In this document: one piece after another, positions 18,277 through 20,942 of the stretch
How positions within the stretch are numbered: the first letter of the stretch is position 1
Layout: every line of letters begins with the position of its first letter
Assembly (NCBI GenBank): GCA_050486505.1
Contig: JBJHDK010000005.1
Coordinates: 1-20,942 of the forward strand
Reading direction: 5' to 3'
Source of the DNA: Fibrobacteria bacterium
GTDB taxonomy: Bacteria > Fibrobacterota > Fibrobacteria > UBA11236
DNA: 20,942 bases
Translations under genes and position numbers: made by a program
Notes under the pieces: generated by a model
What the model was told of the DNA's origin: nothing
What the model saw: only the letters and a program-made list of their open reading frames with translations
Database searches by the model: none

Positions 18277-18343
18277 AGTCAGGGATGCCCAGTCCGTTGA
18301 GCTCATTGCCCCCACAAACGAACGGATTGAGTTGAAGAACTAG
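18254..18343 (+). pseudogene. 3' remnant of a fourth lipoprotein paralogue
   Basis: Encodes RAFKVPDEVRDAQSVELIAPTNERIELKN*, near-identical in DNA to the end of paralogue 1; downstream 18344-18433 matches 16019-16109. Confidence 0.9.
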
Positions 18344-18408
18344 AGGCGTCCTCAAAGTGCCCTGGTGCCCTCAAGGCGCGCGGCGTTTCCACAGAGCCCC
18401 CCACCACC

Positions 18409-18433
18409 GCAGCGACCGCGAAGACGCGCCCCG
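18409..18433 (+). repeat. Junction repeat copy 4 (diverged)
   Basis: GCAGCGACCGCGAAGACGCGCCCCG, in the same position relative to the lipoprotein stop as copy 1. Confidence 0.75.
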
Positions 18434-18556
18434 CGATGTCATTTGACATGAGCCGATAACCCCCCTCAGAGGGGCTTCCTGCAACTTCGCCTTCACCAAC
18501 ATTCCCATTCTTGCCTGCCCCGCCCCGCATTTCCGCTGAAATCACGGAAAATCCGG

Positions 18557-18571
18557 CGGCACGTTCTTTGC
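18557..18571 (+). promoter_or_regulatory. Putative sigma54 promoter
   Basis: CGGCAC-GTTCT-TTGC with correct GG-N10-GC spacing. Confidence 0.5.
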
Positions 18572-18663
18572 CAAGAACCGGTACCATGAAAACACTACAG
18601 CAGAATGTCCCCGGCAGGTTGACGGATTTGCGGCGGGGAGCGCAAGGCACTACATTGTCTTAC

Positions 18664-18981
18664 ATGAGCCCTCCCAAGAAAACAATCAAAAAGACCGTCA
18701 AGAAGAGTTCAGCGAAGAGTTCCGTGAAGGGGCCCGTGAAGTCTCCCGACAGGAGCGCCGGCAAATCCGCATCCCTGACGATCCGGCTTGACCCGCAAAT
18801 GGCCCGCTTGTTGGATGAGCTCGGTCAGGAGACGAACAAGTCGCGCAGCGAGATCGCGCGCGACGCGCTCCGTCGGCAACTGCGGCTGGCCCGGTTCGAG
18901 GCGATCCGCAAGCGCCTGATGCCTTATGCCGAAGCCCGGGGAATCCTCACCGACGAAGACGTATTCGCCATCGTTTCCTGA
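18664..18981 (+). CDS. Ribbon-helix-helix (CopG-like) antitoxin with Lys-rich N-terminal tail
   Basis: SLTIRLD..LDEL..KSRSEIARDALRR..AEARGILTDEDVF. TTGCGG-17 nt-TACATT promoter ends 7 nt before the ATG. Confidence 0.85.
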   Translation: MSPPKKTIKKTVKKSSAKSSVKGPVKSPDRSAGKSASLTIRLDPQMARLLDELGQETNKSRSEIARDALRRQLRLARFEAIRKRLMPYAEARGILTDEDVFAIVS

Positions 18982-18989
18982 GGCGCGCC

Positions 18990-19391
18990 GTGAGAGTCTT
19001 CTTCGACACGAACGTGCTCGTCAGCGCGTTCACCGCCCGCGGGCTGTGCAACGAGCTGTTCAAAGGGGCCACCGTCTCGTGTACGCTCGTCGTCTCCGAC
19101 CCTCTGCTGGGGGAAGCACGCCGCATTCTCCTGGAAAAATTCAAGGCCCCGCGGGAGTACGTCGACGAAGCGATCGCCATCATTGAAGAAGATGCCGTGA
19201 AAGCGCCGACCGCTTCCACTCTCGAGATCCGGATCAAGGATCGGGACGATATCCGGATTCTATCGTCCGCGTTTCACGGAAAGGCCGACTTCTTCGTCAC
19301 CGGCGACAAGGAAGTGCTCGCCCTCGAAAACCTCGGCCCCATGCGCATTCTTTCGCCACGGGAGTTTTGGGGCGTGCTTCGAGGCCGGTGA
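18990..19391 (+). CDS. PIN-family toxin (TIGR00305/PIN_3-like)
   Basis: MRVFFDTNVLVSAF, DRDDIRIL, ADFFVTGDKEVL, ILSPREF. Confidence 0.9.
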   Translation: MRVFFDTNVLVSAFTARGLCNELFKGATVSCTLVVSDPLLGEARRILLEKFKAPREYVDEAIAIIEEDAVKAPTASTLEIRIKDRDDIRILSSAFHGKADFFVTGDKEVLALENLGPMRILSPREFWGVLRGR

Positions 19392-19478
19392 GCTCATCGT
19401 CATACGTTCAACCCGGCGACTCCACCCTCCCACGGCGAGACTGCGCCGGGGGCGCTGTTCGGGTAATCCCCCACCATC

Positions 19479-19504
19479 GCACCGACCGCGCAGAAACGCC
19501 CCCG
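19479..19504 (+). repeat. Junction repeat copy 5
   Basis: GCACCGACCGCGCAGAAACGCCCCCG, followed by the same promoter/RBS block as copy 2. Confidence 0.9.
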
Positions 19505-19547
19505 CAAATTCGTATTGTATTCTTCCTGTGACGAGGAGGGACGTACA

Positions 19548-20468
19548 ATGAAACACCTTTACTCCCTTGCGGGCGCAAGCATCCTCGCCTTGGCCGTGAT
19601 CAGCTGCAACATCGTGTTTAACGGTGAAACCCCTGATTCCCAAAACATTCGCTTCGTACCCGGCGAGCTTCTCGTCGAAATGAACCACGGCTACACCTCC
19701 AATGACCTGGACTCCCTGCTGGCGGATCTCGAACCCGGGCGCGGCGGAGGCTTCTCTTCCGCAATCCACCGCGTTGTCGTCCCCGAAGGCCGGGAGACGC
19801 ATTGGGTCGCACTTCTGGACAAAGAAGAAATCATCCGCACCGCGCAGCTCAACCGTTTCGGATACAGCTACAACCTTGCCGAAAAGGACGGCTATCCCTA
19901 CCTGCAAGGCGACTCGCTCCATGTTTGGGTCGGCTACAGCGGCTGCGATCCCGATGTCGACTTTTCGCTCGAGCACGCCCGGACAGGTCCGTCCTTTTAC
20001 GAGGTCTGGTTGTTCAAAGAGGAGGAAACCGACTGCGCGGCCGCATGGATCGAAGAGCGCGCGTTCAAGGTTCCGGATGAGGTCAGGCACGCCCAATCGG
20101 TTCGGATCATCAAGCCCATCGATAAACGGATTGTGTTGATTCCGCCGCCCATGGGCGGAGTCGACAGCATCATCGGGTTCGGAGACCCCTACACGCTCCA
20201 TCAACGCGACGGTTATCCCTACCTGCAAGGCGACTTCCTCCATGTCTGGATCACCTATACCGGTTGCGGCGGCGAGACCGTTTCCCTCAAGTCTTCCCGC
20301 ACCGGCCCCTCGTCTTACGACATCTGGCTCCACCTGGAAGAGCGCGTGATCACGTGCCAGGCCGAAGTCGGCATGAAGGGAGGAATCAGGGTCCCGGATG
20401 AAATCAGGGCGGCCCTATCGGTTCAGCTCATCACGCCCCAGGGGGATCGCATCGAGTTGAAAAATTAG
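19548..20468 (+). CDS. Lipoprotein paralogue 3 (signal peptide + A + B + diverged B')
   Basis: GAGGAGG RBS, lipobox AVISC, A domain highly similar to paralogue 2, two B repeats, ends RIELKN. Confidence 0.85.
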   Translation: MKHLYSLAGASILALAVISCNIVFNGETPDSQNIRFVPGELLVEMNHGYTSNDLDSLLADLEPGRGGGFSSAIHRVVVPEGRETHWVALLDKEEIIRTAQLNRFGYSYNLAEKDGYPYLQGDSLHVWVGYSGCDPDVDFSLEHARTGPSFYEVWLFKEEETDCAAAWIEERAFKVPDEVRHAQSVRIIKPIDKRIVLIPPPMGGVDSIIGFGDPYTLHQRDGYPYLQGDFLHVWITYTGCGGETVSLKSSRTGPSSYDIWLHLEERVITCQAEVGMKGGIRVPDEIRAALSVQLITPQGDRIELKN

Positions 20469-20590
20469 GGCGCTCCTGCCCGCTGTCATTTGACACGACC
20501 GGTGAGGCACGCCGCATCCCCTCGCCCCTGCAATTCTGGGACATACTCCGAAACCGCTAACCTCCCCGCAGGTGTTAAATTCCCTCCTCC

Positions 20591-20932
20591 ATGTCCACAG
20601 CGACCTCGCACGTGAAATCCTACAAGCGTCCCGCCAAAACGCTTATGCTCGACCGGGCCACGTGCATCTCGTGCGCCGGGTGCGTGGGTACCTGCCCCGA
20701 CGAGGCGCTCGACATGTTCGGCCTCGACCTGCAGGTGTTCCAGGACAAATGCACCTATTGCACCATCTGCGTACGGTTCTGCCCCGTCGGGGCGCTGTCG
20801 ATCGAAAAGCGCGCGCCGCAGCCCGAGGATAATGCGATGCAGGCACCCAAGACTCCCGCAGACTTCCACTGGCCGGCGCCGGGCAATGTAGGGGCAAATA
20901 ATCATTTGCCCCTACAGGACGGGACGCCGTGA
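20591..20932 (+). CDS. 2x[4Fe-4S] dicluster ferredoxin
   Basis: CISCAGCVGTCP and CTYCTICVRFCP motifs; C-terminal extension includes a REP palindrome. Confidence 0.88.
   Translation: MSTATSHVKSYKRPAKTLMLDRATCISCAGCVGTCPDEALDMFGLDLQVFQDKCTYCTICVRFCPVGALSIEKRAPQPEDNAMQAPKTPADFHWPAPGNVGANNHLPLQDGTP
20887..20916. repeat. GTAG-type REP palindrome inside the ferredoxin 3' end
   Basis: TGTAGGGGCAAAT-AATC-ATTTGCCCCTACA, a perfect 13-bp stem. Confidence 0.8.
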
Positions 20933-20942
20933 AGGCGTCCCG

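Noticed and set aside
16084..19504. Junction repeats as a CRISPR array
   Set aside because: Intervals are about 0.7-1.1 kb and contain genes; no cas genes in the window.
19260..20333. 357-aa minus-strand ORF and the similar 16730-17248 ORF
   Set aside because: Antisense to lipoprotein genes that have an RBS and lipobox; their mutual similarity only mirrors the duplication.
15311..20468. Diversity-generating retroelement or shufflon explanation for the lipoprotein variation
   Set aside because: No reverse transcriptase or invertase in the window, differences are not restricted to adenines, and all repeats are direct rather than inverted.

Overview
A GC-rich bacterial chromosome segment; the lineage cannot be fixed from the sequence, and Fibrobacterota is only a guess. 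Housekeeping genes are tRNA-Pro(GGG), a PPi-dependent phosphofructokinase, an RsuA/RluB-type pseudouridine synthase, a B12-binding radical SAM/DUF2344 fusion and a 2x[4Fe-4S] ferredoxin. Accessory DNA is interleaved with them. (i) Five toxin-antitoxin (TA) loci, two with largely deleted toxins. (ii) A lower-GC defence cluster at 8.5-15.2 kb (EcoRI-family MTase + DUF262-HNH, OLD-family nuclease, DUF2130) with decayed integron attC-like sites. (iii) A 15.3-20.5 kb array of mosaic, domain-shuffled lipoprotein paralogues in which TA modules lie between copies of a ~26-38 bp direct repeat, like integrated cassettes. (iv) Two tandem non-canonical tRNA-like cloverleafs in an AT-rich insert just upstream of the pseudouridine synthase gene. 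Also present are a ~185-nt rod-like RNA candidate upstream of pfp, GTAG-type REP palindromes (two inside coding ends) and sigma54-type promoters in front of antitoxins. The strongest candidates for something new are the repeat-bounded lipoprotein/TA array and the tRNA-like RNA pair.
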